Source: Desulfatiglandales bacterium (GTDB lineage Bacteria; Desulfobacterota; DSM-4660; Desulfatiglandales; Desulfatiglandaceae). From it: DNA of 64,000 nt. Below the pieces are notes generated by a model. That model was not told the origin of the DNA, made no database searches, and was given only the letters and a program-made list of their open reading frames with translations. A program made the translations under genes and the position numbers. Below are positions 31,762-41,537 of the stretch, in pieces. Position 1 is the stretch's first letter. Every line of letters starts with the position of its first letter. The stretch is from the NCBI GenBank assembly GCA_963662465.1, contig OY759599.1:6208001-6272000 (forward strand), given 5' to 3'.

Positions 31762-32046
31762 TTACATAATTTCTGGAGTATCAGCCTCATCACCCACCAC
31801 CCAACCCAACGTACACCACCCAACATCCCATATGTCCTTCACCCAACTCCCGCCGACAACCCCGTCCAACTCCGCTTCAGAAAGTTCTTCTTTCAGAGTT
31901 GCAATGTCATCTTTCGTAAAATCAAATCATGCCTCTTTGACGTATTCCATACGTTTTTCCGATGTAGCAATTTTCCCCACGCTCTTCCTGAAATCCTCGT
32001 CGGTTTTGATCCGTTCCAAAAATGCTTTTGCGCTTTCAATGGACAT
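31762..32046 (-). pseudogene. Nif11-leader RiPP precursor with in-frame TGA at codon 40 and a Trp-rich core
   Basis: Not in the ORF track. AGGAG RBS, then MSIESAKAFLERIKTDEDFRKSVGKIATSEKRMEYVKEA*FDFTKDDIATLKEELSEAELDGVVGG|SWVKDIWDVGWCTLGWVVGDEADTPEIM. The TGA is at 31927-31929. Confidence 0.85.
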
Positions 32047-32194
32047 GTGCGGTTCTCCTTTCCCGGTTTGGCGGTAATGGTTTGTTTGAACTAATCACTG
32101 ATGGCAATTACAGCAAGGACCTGATCTGGTCAAATAAAAAAATGGCCATCTGTTTAGCGGACGCAACTGTTTTTTGGTTCCTCATCCCCCCGGA

Positions 32195-33352
32195 TCAAAT
32201 GACCTTTCCTTGCCACAGATCATCTAAAAACATCCTCCAAGGAATAAGGATGATATTTCCATGAACCCGTTTTGTTTTCTCATTGCAAACAACGAATCCC
32301 TTTCGAGGCGAATATTCTTCCATAAAGGCGGAGAGAGGCTTTAAACTTCTGTTATCTATACGGCTTGATCCCTTTATTTCTACCGCAATTTCTCCTTTTC
32401 CCAAAATAAAATCGACTTCCATGCCTGATTTTGTTCTCCAGAAATTGATTTCGTATTCCAATTCGCTGTAGGAACTGTGTGCTATCATTTGCATTAAGAT
32501 AAAATGTTCAAAGGCTTTTCCGAACAATTCTCCTTTTTCTTCATGCAGTTCCCGCTTGGTAATGGCGCCTGCAACGCCCACGTCAAAAAGGTAGAATTTT
32601 GAAGCTTTGGTGATGGTTTGTCTGTTTTTCCTTTTCTTGAAGGGTTCCACCATTGTTCCCAGCAATGTGTCGACCAGTATCTGGTAATATTCTTTAACGG
32701 TCTTGGAGTTTACACCGCATTCACGGGCGATATTTGAATAATTGGTCAGCTCACCGTGTGAATATCCCATGGCGTCAAAAAATCTGGAAAATGCGGGAAT
32801 ATTGCGTGTCAATCCTTCATTGAAAACCTCCTCTTTGAGATAATCTCTTACATATGCCGTTAACGACTTTTTGCAATTATTTTGCAAATAATGAGTTGGA
32901 ATTAACCCATGATTCAGTGCTCGGAGAAGATCGACATCACCGATTTCAACTGTCGTCAGAGGAAGCATTTCGTACCGCCATGCCCTTCCTCCCAACAAAT
33001 TGGCCTGACCTCGTTTTAATTTTCTTGCGCTCGATCCGCACAGGATAAATTGGAACCCTTTGTTCTCTATGAGCCAGTGCACTTCATCCAGAATCTGAGG
33101 GACCTTTTGTACTTCATCCAGTATGACGGGATGCCCTATCACGGTATCACCCTGCGCGAGCAGTTGTTCCCGCAGCAATGAGGGGTTTTTTGAAAATTCA
33201 ATAAATAAATCGGATTTAAGGAAATCATAAACCAGGCTGTGGGGGAATTTTTTCTTCAGGTAGGTTGATTTCCCGGTTTTTCTTGCCCCCCATAAAAACG
33301 CAGACTGCCTTGGGGGCAGATCAATATTCAAAACCCTGTCAATCATTTTCAT
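32195..33352 (-). CDS. AAA+ ATPase with DUF4143 domain
   Basis: GARKTGKS, LDEVQK, GSS, KFYLFDVG, and FWRTKSGMEVDF...EIK. Start uncertain. Confidence 0.9.
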   Translation of the reverse strand: MKMIDRVLNIDLPPRQSAFLWGARKTGKSTYLKKKFPHSLVYDFLKSDLFIEFSKNPSLLREQLLAQGDTVIGHPVILDEVQKVPQILDEVHWLIENKGFQFILCGSSARKLKRGQANLLGGRAWRYEMLPLTTVEIGDVDLLRALNHGLIPTHYLQNNCKKSLTAYVRDYLKEEVFNEGLTRNIPAFSRFFDAMGYSHGELTNYSNIARECGVNSKTVKEYYQILVDTLLGTMVEPFKKRKNRQTITKASKFYLFDVGVAGAITKRELHEEKGELFGKAFEHFILMQMIAHSSYSELEYEINFWRTKSGMEVDFILGKGEIAVEIKGSSRIDNRSLKPLSAFMEEYSPRKGFVVCNEKTKRVHGNIILIPWRMFLDDLWQGKVI

Positions 33353-33621
33353 TATCGGCATTGCCTCCAAAATAGTTTGACTATTTTGGAATATAGTACT
33401 CAATATTGCATCAATGTCAATAACATTATCTTGTATAACGTTGTTTCCATATTGACGCGCTGATGCCAAGGAAGTCAGTACTCGCCCGTCAGCCGTGAGC
33501 AGTGGAATATTGCGCGGGCGGAAACTTCTGAGACAAAAGGAAATAGAGGCAATATCGTCGGAAAGTCAATAAATCAAAAACGTCTCGCCATCCATCTCCA
33601 TCCCAACGAAAAACTTTACAA

Positions 33622-35346
33622 ATGGCAATGAATAGGATAATAGCTCAATTTAATTTAAACAAGTTCAGCATACATAATGCGCGACCCACTAACCGACAGA
33701 GAACAACGCTTATGACCCTCTTTCAAGGGGCTGGGAAAAGCCTCTTTTTTCTGCTGTTTTCAATCCTTGCATCGGCGTATCTCCTCTGCACATCAACCCT
33801 TGTTTATTCCGAACTCCAGGAAGCCGCCAAATCCGTGGATCAGGAGGTCCGGACGGGATTGGGCCTGATGCAAGCGGTCCAGGTAACACTCTATCAACAG
33901 CCTGAAGTCCTTATTCAGCAGCAAGAGGTGGAGGGTTCTCGCGGCAACCTCCGAATGGAAGCGGGTGCGTTTGATCCGAGCCTGACATCTTCCTTCCTCT
34001 ATCAGACGAACGAGTATGCGGCCACCTACTGGCAGCAGGCGCTGTACGGCATCGGCAACCGGAGCTATACCACCACGGGATCTTCCATCGGTTTAGAGAC
34101 CAGGTCCCGCTACGGGTTCAGTTTCGGCCCCAGCGTAGGCGTTACCCGCAATCACGGAATCACCGATTACTTGATGCCCACCAGTTACAACCAGGCCATT
34201 GTTGCCTTTACCGTTAATGTTCCCCTGCTCAAGGGGATGGGAAAGGAGGCGGCCGATGCCGGTGAAATGGCCGCCATGGAAGAACTGGAAGCCGGCATGC
34301 TGGACCTTGAGCAGACCATTAGCCGGAGTGTCATGAATACCACCCAGGCCTACTGGGGTTATCTCTCGGCACTGAGGCAGTTTGAGGTCTTTAAGGAAAT
34401 GGAAACGGATGCTGGGCAGACCCTGGAAGCCATAAGAGAATTGGTTAAGGGGGATGAACGGCCCGCCTCCGACCTGGATCCCTTTGAAGCCAACCTGGCC
34501 CAGAAAACATCCCAGCGCATCAATGCGGAGCAGACGCTTTTCGAGGCCAAGCAGAACCTGGGACTGGCCATGGGCCTGGCCTACACCGCCATTGACGATC
34601 TGCTCCTTCCCAAGGATGCCTTTCCCGATACCGTTTCAGGCGGCGCCAATTCCAACATTATGAATCCCGATGCGCTCTTTCAGGAAGCCCTTCGGAAGCG
34701 CCCGGATTTCCTTGCGCTCAAAAAACGGGAAAACGCCGCAAAAATTATGCTGACCGCCGCAAAAAACAATGTCCTCCCGCAGTTGGACATCAATGCGGGC
34801 GTGGGATATGCGGGGCTGGAAAACGGCGGCGAGGTGAACGACTATCTGAAATCCCTGGGCCAAAATGTCACAGGGGCCAACTACCAGGCGGGGATCCAGT
34901 TCAGCTATCCTTTCGGAAACAACGCGGCGGAGGGATTGGTGGTCCAGCGCAGATCCAATGTGCAAAAGGTGGTGATCCGGACCCGAGATTTGGCGCGAAA
35001 GATCAATTCCGGCATATTGGTGGCGGTACAGGCCCTGTGGCGGACTCTCCGGGAACTCCGGGAGACCCGCAATTCCATCGCCCATTACACAAAGGCGGTC
35101 TCCAGTGAACAGATCAAATTCAGCATGGGAATGGCCTCCGTGATGGATGTCATCAACATGCAGGACAGGCTTCGGGATGTCCGGCTGAGCGAGGTGACCC
35201 AGATGAACCGGTTCGCGGACGCCGTGGTGCGGTTGGGCTTCGAAACGGGAACCCTGGTCATGCCTGAAGGCGACACTTACAGGATCGAAATGAAAAACCT
35301 GACCTCACCCGGGTCCGCGGGGAGAACGGCCGATGACCGAAAATAA
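33622..35346 (+). CDS. TolC family outer membrane efflux protein
   Basis: VPLLKG, AYW, RPD and LPQLD motifs; first gene of the export operon. The true start may be at 33712. Confidence 0.85.
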   Translation: MAMNRIIAQFNLNKFSIHNARPTNRQRTTLMTLFQGAGKSLFFLLFSILASAYLLCTSTLVYSELQEAAKSVDQEVRTGLGLMQAVQVTLYQQPEVLIQQQEVEGSRGNLRMEAGAFDPSLTSSFLYQTNEYAATYWQQALYGIGNRSYTTTGSSIGLETRSRYGFSFGPSVGVTRNHGITDYLMPTSYNQAIVAFTVNVPLLKGMGKEAADAGEMAAMEELEAGMLDLEQTISRSVMNTTQAYWGYLSALRQFEVFKEMETDAGQTLEAIRELVKGDERPASDLDPFEANLAQKTSQRINAEQTLFEAKQNLGLAMGLAYTAIDDLLLPKDAFPDTVSGGANSNIMNPDALFQEALRKRPDFLALKKRENAAKIMLTAAKNNVLPQLDINAGVGYAGLENGGEVNDYLKSLGQNVTGANYQAGIQFSYPFGNNAAEGLVVQRRSNVQKVVIRTRDLARKINSGILVAVQALWRTLRELRETRNSIAHYTKAVSSEQIKFSMGMASVMDVINMQDRLRDVRLSEVTQMNRFADAVVRLGFETGTLVMPEGDTYRIEMKNLTSPGSAGRTADDRK

Positions 35347-36637
35347 GGCCGCAAAGCGTCTGTTTCGGAAGGTGGCGCTGGAACATCTCTCCCTGCCCGA
35401 ACAGCTGGACCAGTTGATGCGGATCACAAGCCCCACCGGTTGGGTGGCCCTGGTGGCCATAGGCCTTCTCCTGGCTTGTGGAATCCTGTGGGGTATTTGG
35501 GGGTCTATTCCCACAAAGGTGGAGGGTTCCGGAATCCTCATGAGCCGCGGCGGAATCTTCTCCATCTCAGCTAGGGCTTCAGGGAGCGTACAGGCCATCC
35601 GCTTGAATGAAGGCGATGAAGTGGAAGCGGGCCAGGTGGTGGTGGTTATCGGGCAACCGGATATTCGAGACAAGATTCTGGCCGGCAACAACAAAGTCCG
35701 CGACCTGAAAACCCAGTACCAACAGCACCGTGCCTTCAGCGAAAAGGAAATGGCCCTTGAGGAACATTCCATTGCCGAACAGCGTACCAATTTGCTTCAA
35801 ACCAATGAAAGCCTGAATGCTCAGCTGAAACTGCTCCGAAAGCGCCTTAAAGACCAGAAACGCCTGGTGGAACTGGGCCTGATTACGCGAATGAAGGTGT
35901 TGGAGACCCGAATTGAAATAGACAACCGAGCCGAAAAGATCAGACAGAACAACAACCAGATTAAACAGCTTTCCATCCAGAAGCTTCAGGCTCAAAACCG
36001 GATCCGGGAAGAACTCTTGGGCCTGGAAAATCAGATTCAAATGGCCCAGGACGAACTTGAAGGCTTTCAAAACAGCCTCCGGATGGATTCCAAGGTCATC
36101 AGCGTATTCACGGGCAGGGTTATCAGCGTGGATGTGGCGCTGGGGGATGTGGTACAGACCGGATCGCGGCTGATGACCATCGAAAAAACAGGGCAACATT
36201 CCCGGTTTCTGCAGGCGATTTTGTATGTTCCGGCAAACCAGGGTAAACGGATCGTAACGGGCATGAGGGTTCATGTGTCCCCCTCAACCGTGAAAAAGGA
36301 CCAGTACGGTTCCATCATGGGACTGGTGACCTACGTCTCCGCGTTTCCCACCAACCGGGAAGCCATGAAACGGGCACTTCTGAACGAAAAAATGGTGGAG
36401 GAACTCTCGAAAAACGGACCGCCCAGTGAGGTCAAGGTGGCACTGGTGCCCGATTCACTTACTTATAGCTGGTATAAATGGACATCGTCCGATGGTCCGC
36501 CCGTTTCCATCCTTGCGGGAACCATGTGTACGGCGACCGCCATTGTGAAGCGGCAGCCGCCCATTCAGCTGGTCATTCCCCTCATGAAAAAATATTTGAT
36601 GGGTGTCGATGAGGACCCCACGCCGTGGGGAGAGTAG
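35333..36637 (+). CDS. NHLM/NHLP bacteriocin system secretion protein (HlyD-like membrane fusion protein)
   Basis: LFRKVALEHLSLPEQLDQL, a TM segment, GSIPTKVEGSGIL, and YKWTSSDGP. Confidence 0.9.
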   Translation: MTENKAAKRLFRKVALEHLSLPEQLDQLMRITSPTGWVALVAIGLLLACGILWGIWGSIPTKVEGSGILMSRGGIFSISARASGSVQAIRLNEGDEVEAGQVVVVIGQPDIRDKILAGNNKVRDLKTQYQQHRAFSEKEMALEEHSIAEQRTNLLQTNESLNAQLKLLRKRLKDQKRLVELGLITRMKVLETRIEIDNRAEKIRQNNNQIKQLSIQKLQAQNRIREELLGLENQIQMAQDELEGFQNSLRMDSKVISVFTGRVISVDVALGDVVQTGSRLMTIEKTGQHSRFLQAILYVPANQGKRIVTGMRVHVSPSTVKKDQYGSIMGLVTYVSAFPTNREAMKRALLNEKMVEELSKNGPPSEVKVALVPDSLTYSWYKWTSSDGPPVSILAGTMCTATAIVKRQPPIQLVIPLMKKYLMGVDEDPTPWGE

Positions 36638-36640
36638 CTG

Positions 36641-38821
36641 ATGGCGCACTCCTCCGGGGCCTGGAAAAGGCGACGCGTCAAAACCCCCACCGTGCTTCAG
36701 ATGGAGGCGGCGGAGTGCGGTGCGGCCAGTCTTGCCATGGTCCTGGCATATCACGGACTTTACGTGCCCCTTGAGGTGTTGCGGGTCCAGTGCGGCGTAT
36801 CCCGGGACGGGAGCAAAGCCAGCAATATCGTCAAGGCGGCCCAAAAGTACGGTATGACGGCCAAAGGGTTTCGCAAGGAACCCGAAACCCTGAAAGGCTT
36901 GCCGCTGCCCATGATCCTTTTCTGGAATTTTAATCACTTTATCGTTCTTGAAGGCATCAAGGGGAATCGTGCGTACCTCAACGATCCCGCGGCCGGCCCG
37001 AAAAAAATATCCATGGACCAACTGAATAAATCCTTTACGGGGGTTGTGCTCACCTTCGAGCCCGGGGAAGACTTTAAAAAAGGAGGCGAGAAGCGCAATG
37101 TCTTTAGATCGCTGAGACGCCGGTTTTCCGGCTGCGGGAAAGCCCTGGCTTATGTGGTGCTGGCGGGCCTTTTTCTGATGATACCGGGTTTGGTTTTTCC
37201 CACCTATACCAAAATATTTTTAGACAATGTGCTCATGGACGGCTATACGTCCTGGCTCAGACCCCTCCTGTTGGCCATGGGCATTACGGCCCTGACCAGT
37301 TTTGCCTTGACCTGGCTTCAGCGTTATTTTCTCCTTCGATTTGAATTGCGGTTGTCCCTGAGTGGATCGACCCGGTTTTTTCACCACATATTGCGCCTTC
37401 CCATCCCCTACTTTGCCCAGCGTTTCGCGGGAGATCTGGCAGGCCGCGTACACTTGAACGACAAGGTGGCCCAGCTCCTTTCGGGTCAGTTGGCCGTCAC
37501 CATGATTCATCTGATCACGGCAATATTTTATCTGGTTGTCATGCTTCAGTACAGCATCCTTCTGAGCATGATCGGCATCGGGTTTGCCATGTTGAACCTG
37601 GTGGCATTGAAAGTGGCTTCCTATCGCAGGAAGAATGTCAACATGGCCCTTCAACAGGATATGGGAAAACTCATGGGACACACCATGACCGGTCTCCAGA
37701 TGATTGAAACCCTGAAAGCGGGGGGGGCGGAGGCGGATTTCTTCACCCTGTGGGCCGGTTATCAGACCAAAGTGGTCAATTCGCAGCAGAAGCTGTCCGT
37801 TTCCACCCAGCTCCTCTCCGCTATTCCCCCGACGCTCCTCTCCCTCAACCACACCATCATGTTGTTTTTCGGGGCCATCCTGATCATGGACGGACAGATG
37901 ACCATCGGCATGCTCTTTGCGTTCCAGATTCTGATGATGGGCTTCATGCAACCCTTCAGCCATTTCGTGGACATGGGAAGCCGGATGCAGGAGATCCATG
38001 CCGATATCAACCGTCTGGAAGATGTGACGGCCAACCCCGTGGATGAGGCATGTTCGGGAACTCGGGTGAATCCGAAAGATTTCCCTGACGTATGCGTAAA
38101 ACTGGACGGTCAACTTGAAATGAAAAACATCACCTTCGGGTACAGTCCGCTGGAACCGCCGCTGATCAGGGATTTTAACCTGACGTTAAATCCCTGTGCC
38201 CGGGTGGCGCTGGTGGGCGCCTCGGGATCGGGTAAATCCACGGTGGCGAAATTGGCAGCCGGTCTCTATGAGCCCTGGGAGGGAGAAATTTTGCTGGACG
38301 GTCGACCCATCGCTTCCATTCCCAGACAGGTCTTTGCACACTCCGTGGCCATGGTTGATCAGGATATCTTTCTCTTTGAAGGGACCATTCGTGAAAACCT
38401 GACCATGTGGGATGCGACCCTTCCGGAAAACGCTTTGATTCGGGCAACCACGGATGCCTGTATTCATGACGACATCCTGGGACGTCCAGATGGATACGGG
38501 GGCCGGGTTGATGAAGGGGGCGCCAATTTCAGTGGTGGGCAGGCCCAACGGCTGGAAATCGCCAGGGGATTATCCGGGAATCCGGCACTGCTGATCCTGG
38601 ACGAGGCCACCAGCGCCCTGGATCCGGAAACGGAAGCAAGGGTGGACAACCATTTAAGACGACGGGGCGTCAGCTGCCTGATCATCGCCCATCGCCTGAG
38701 CACCATCAGGGATTGCGACGAGATTATTGTTCTGGATGGGGGGGTGGTGGTTCAGCGGGGCACACACCGGGAACTGCAGGGTCAAGAAGGGGTTTATGCC
38801 GAACTCATCAAATCACAGTGA
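36641..38821 (+). CDS. NHLM ABC transporter, C39 peptidase/permease/ATPase
   Basis: QMEAAECGAA (catalytic Cys), WNFNHF, GASGSGKS, and FSGGQ. Confidence 0.95.
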   Translation: MAHSSGAWKRRRVKTPTVLQMEAAECGAASLAMVLAYHGLYVPLEVLRVQCGVSRDGSKASNIVKAAQKYGMTAKGFRKEPETLKGLPLPMILFWNFNHFIVLEGIKGNRAYLNDPAAGPKKISMDQLNKSFTGVVLTFEPGEDFKKGGEKRNVFRSLRRRFSGCGKALAYVVLAGLFLMIPGLVFPTYTKIFLDNVLMDGYTSWLRPLLLAMGITALTSFALTWLQRYFLLRFELRLSLSGSTRFFHHILRLPIPYFAQRFAGDLAGRVHLNDKVAQLLSGQLAVTMIHLITAIFYLVVMLQYSILLSMIGIGFAMLNLVALKVASYRRKNVNMALQQDMGKLMGHTMTGLQMIETLKAGGAEADFFTLWAGYQTKVVNSQQKLSVSTQLLSAIPPTLLSLNHTIMLFFGAILIMDGQMTIGMLFAFQILMMGFMQPFSHFVDMGSRMQEIHADINRLEDVTANPVDEACSGTRVNPKDFPDVCVKLDGQLEMKNITFGYSPLEPPLIRDFNLTLNPCARVALVGASGSGKSTVAKLAAGLYEPWEGEILLDGRPIASIPRQVFAHSVAMVDQDIFLFEGTIRENLTMWDATLPENALIRATTDACIHDDILGRPDGYGGRVDEGGANFSGGQAQRLEIARGLSGNPALLILDEATSALDPETEARVDNHLRRRGVSCLIIAHRLSTIRDCDEIIVLDGGVVVQRGTHRELQGQEGVYAELIKSQ

Positions 38822-41522
38822 TCGGGCTACACCGACCTCCGATCTCCGACCTCCGACCTTTGTCTTTTCCGGCGGCGATCCCTTGGAAATCGCCGGAAAC
38901 AGGCCTCTGTTCGCCGTGGACGCGGATTCCTTTTGGATTGTCAAAAGGGGGGAAGTCGATCTTTTTGCCGTTAGACTGGAAAACGGTAAAGCCGTAGGTC
39001 CAAGGCGCCATCTGTTCTGGGCAGGTGTCGGGGATTTTATTTTCGGCGCCGCCCTTAAGGAAAAAACCCATGTTCTGAGCATCATGGCCGTGGGAAAGCC
39101 GGGTACGAAATTAACCCGATATGACCGAACGGTCCTCAAGGGCGCGTTGGAATCCCCGGAACCGTCAAAGGCCGTGCTTTCGGGCGTGGAGACATGGGTT
39201 GCCAGGATGTCCGGTGTCACCGGGTTTTCAGCCGGGAATGGTTTGGGCGGCAAAGCGTTTGACACGGCGCTTGATGGTTTTCATGAAACCGTCCTTCAAG
39301 GTATTTCCGAGGGAGAAGAAAAGGACCGGATTAAAGATCGATTGCATTTTGACCAGCGGATCATGCAAGATTTTCGAGGGCTGGAAAAGACCCTTTTCCA
39401 TTTGGGCGCCACCTTGTTTCGGAAGGGGAAAACCGCTCTTCAACCGAGCGGCAAAGGCTCTTCCCTTTTGGTGTCGGCAGTGGCGGTTGCACAAGCCTGC
39501 GGTATTGAGACGGGGAAACTCTCAGATGCCGTGGCCCGGAGGCAAGACGACCTGACCCTGGATTATATTGCCAGGGCCGGCAATTTCTTCACCCGCCCGG
39601 TGGTTCTCACACCCGGGTGGTCCGGTGAAGACAACGGCCCCCTGCTGGGGCGGCTGGAGGATGAAAAGGGCGAACGGTTCGTGGCCTTGCTGCCCACATC
39701 CCCCACCCGCTATGTGCTGTTCGACCCGGAAAATGGGACCCGCATTCCCATGACCCGGGGGTTGGAGGAACGGATCCACGGGATTGCCCATACCTTCTAT
39801 CGACCGCTCCCGCCCGAATCCCTCACCATTCGCCATATCCTGCGATTCGTCCTGGCGGGGGTTTGGCGCGACCTGACCATGATGGCCCTGGTGGGCGCGG
39901 CCGGGGCGCTATTGGCCCTGTTGATTCCCATTATGACGGGGGTCATCATCGACTCGGTGATTCCTGAAGCCAACCGGAGCCAACTGCTCCAGATTGGTCT
40001 GATTCTGCTGGTGAGTGTTTTTGCCGCGTTTATGTTCCAGATTACCCGGGCCATTGCCATGGTTCGCGTGGAGGGGCGAATGGATGCGGGGTTTCAGGCG
40101 GCGGTCCTGGACCGCCTGCTGAACCTGCCGATCCCTTTTTTCCGCAAGTTTACGGCGGGTGATCTGGCCAACCGGACCATGGGCATCAACTACATTCGCC
40201 AGATTCTTTCAGGCGCCACCCTCACCACCGCCATGACGAGCATTTTCTCTTCCTTCAACCTGATCGTCATGTTTATCTATGACTGGCATCTCGCCCTCAT
40301 AGGCCTCTGCATGATCCTGATTACCCTCATCATTTCAGGGGGACTCAGTATTTCCATGATCCGGTATCAAAGACAGGTTTTTGATATCGAGGGGAAAAAT
40401 GCCGGCATTGTCTTCCAACTCCTTACCGGGATTGCCAAACTGCGCATGACCGGGACGGAAGACCGGGCCTTCGGGGTGTGGGCCGAAAATTTTGCAAAGA
40501 AAAAGATCATCGATTTCAAGTCCGGAAAAATCAATGCGGCCCTGGATACGGCCACTTCTTTTATCCCAATGGTATCCACCATGCTGATTTTCTGGTTTTT
40601 CTTAAAATCCCGCATGACGGGCATGAGCACCGGCCATTTTTTGGCGTTCAATGCAGCCTTTACCAGTTTTCAGATGGCATTGGTCCAGACCACACTGGTT
40701 TTTTCCAGCCTTCTCCACATCATTCCCCTGTGGGAGCGGGCAAAACCGATCCTCGCAACCGTACCCGAGAGGTTCGATGCCGGGACTGCAGCCCCCCGTC
40801 TTAGCGGCAGCCTTACGGTGGACCATGTTGCCTTTCGTTACAGTGAGGATGGACCAAAGGTTCTGAAAGAGGTGAGCCTCAAGATCGCTCCCGGTGAATT
40901 CGTCGCGGTGGTGGGAGGCTCAGGCTCCGGGAAATCGACGCTTCTCCGTATTCTACTGGGGTTTGAAAAACCGGAGTCGGGAGTCGTTTACTATGACCGC
41001 CATGATCTGGCGCACCTGGATGTGAAAAGCGTTCGCAGACAAATGGGAGTGGTCCTTCAGAATGGGCAGGTGATGCCCGGAAGCATCCTCAAGAATATTA
41101 CGGGCGCCGCCGATCTCACCCTGGAGGATGCCTGGGTTGCGGCCCGTATGGTGGGGCTGGACAAGGATATCGAGGCCATGCCCATGGGCATGTATACGGT
41201 CGTTCCGGCAGGGGGAGGGACCCTTTCCGGAGGACAGCGTCAACGACTCATTATTGCCAGAGCCGTTGTGAGAAAACCTCGCATTCTGCTTTTTGATGAG
41301 GCCACCAGCGCCTTGGACAATCTCACCCAGGCCATTGTCATGAAAAGCCTCGATGGACTGGAAGTGACGCGGCTGGTGATTGCCCACCGGCTCAGCACCA
41401 TCACCAACGCCGATCGGATTTATGTCATGGAACGGGGGAAAATTGTGGAATCGGGAACCTACGACGAACTCATGGAAGCGAAAGGCTATTTCCACCAGCT
41501 TGCCATACGGCAGATTGCGTAA
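38796..41522 (+). CDS. NHLM ABC transporter, second permease/ATPase subunit
   Basis: N-terminal cNMP-like domain, TM domain, GGSGSGKS, and LSGGQRQR. Start trimmed to the ATG at 38796. Confidence 0.9.
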   Translation: MPNSSNHSDRATPTSDLRPPTFVFSGGDPLEIAGNRPLFAVDADSFWIVKRGEVDLFAVRLENGKAVGPRRHLFWAGVGDFIFGAALKEKTHVLSIMAVGKPGTKLTRYDRTVLKGALESPEPSKAVLSGVETWVARMSGVTGFSAGNGLGGKAFDTALDGFHETVLQGISEGEEKDRIKDRLHFDQRIMQDFRGLEKTLFHLGATLFRKGKTALQPSGKGSSLLVSAVAVAQACGIETGKLSDAVARRQDDLTLDYIARAGNFFTRPVVLTPGWSGEDNGPLLGRLEDEKGERFVALLPTSPTRYVLFDPENGTRIPMTRGLEERIHGIAHTFYRPLPPESLTIRHILRFVLAGVWRDLTMMALVGAAGALLALLIPIMTGVIIDSVIPEANRSQLLQIGLILLVSVFAAFMFQITRAIAMVRVEGRMDAGFQAAVLDRLLNLPIPFFRKFTAGDLANRTMGINYIRQILSGATLTTAMTSIFSSFNLIVMFIYDWHLALIGLCMILITLIISGGLSISMIRYQRQVFDIEGKNAGIVFQLLTGIAKLRMTGTEDRAFGVWAENFAKKKIIDFKSGKINAALDTATSFIPMVSTMLIFWFFLKSRMTGMSTGHFLAFNAAFTSFQMALVQTTLVFSSLLHIIPLWERAKPILATVPERFDAGTAAPRLSGSLTVDHVAFRYSEDGPKVLKEVSLKIAPGEFVAVVGGSGSGKSTLLRILLGFEKPESGVVYYDRHDLAHLDVKSVRRQMGVVLQNGQVMPGSILKNITGAADLTLEDAWVAARMVGLDKDIEAMPMGMYTVVPAGGGTLSGGQRQRLIIARAVVRKPRILLFDEATSALDNLTQAIVMKSLDGLEVTRLVIAHRLSTITNADRIYVMERGKIVESGTYDELMEAKGYFHQLAIRQIA

Positions 41523-41537
41523 TAAGAGGATCATTTT

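Noticed and set aside
31927..31929. Selenocysteine recoding of the TGA (also 22063-22065)
   Set aside because: The positions correspond to expected Gly (and probably Arg), not Cys, and I see no convincing SECIS-like hairpin downstream. Nonsense mutation or read error is simpler.
31474..32094. 206-aa plus-strand ORF
   Set aside because: It is the antisense shadow of the Nif11 precursor, with no recognisable domain.
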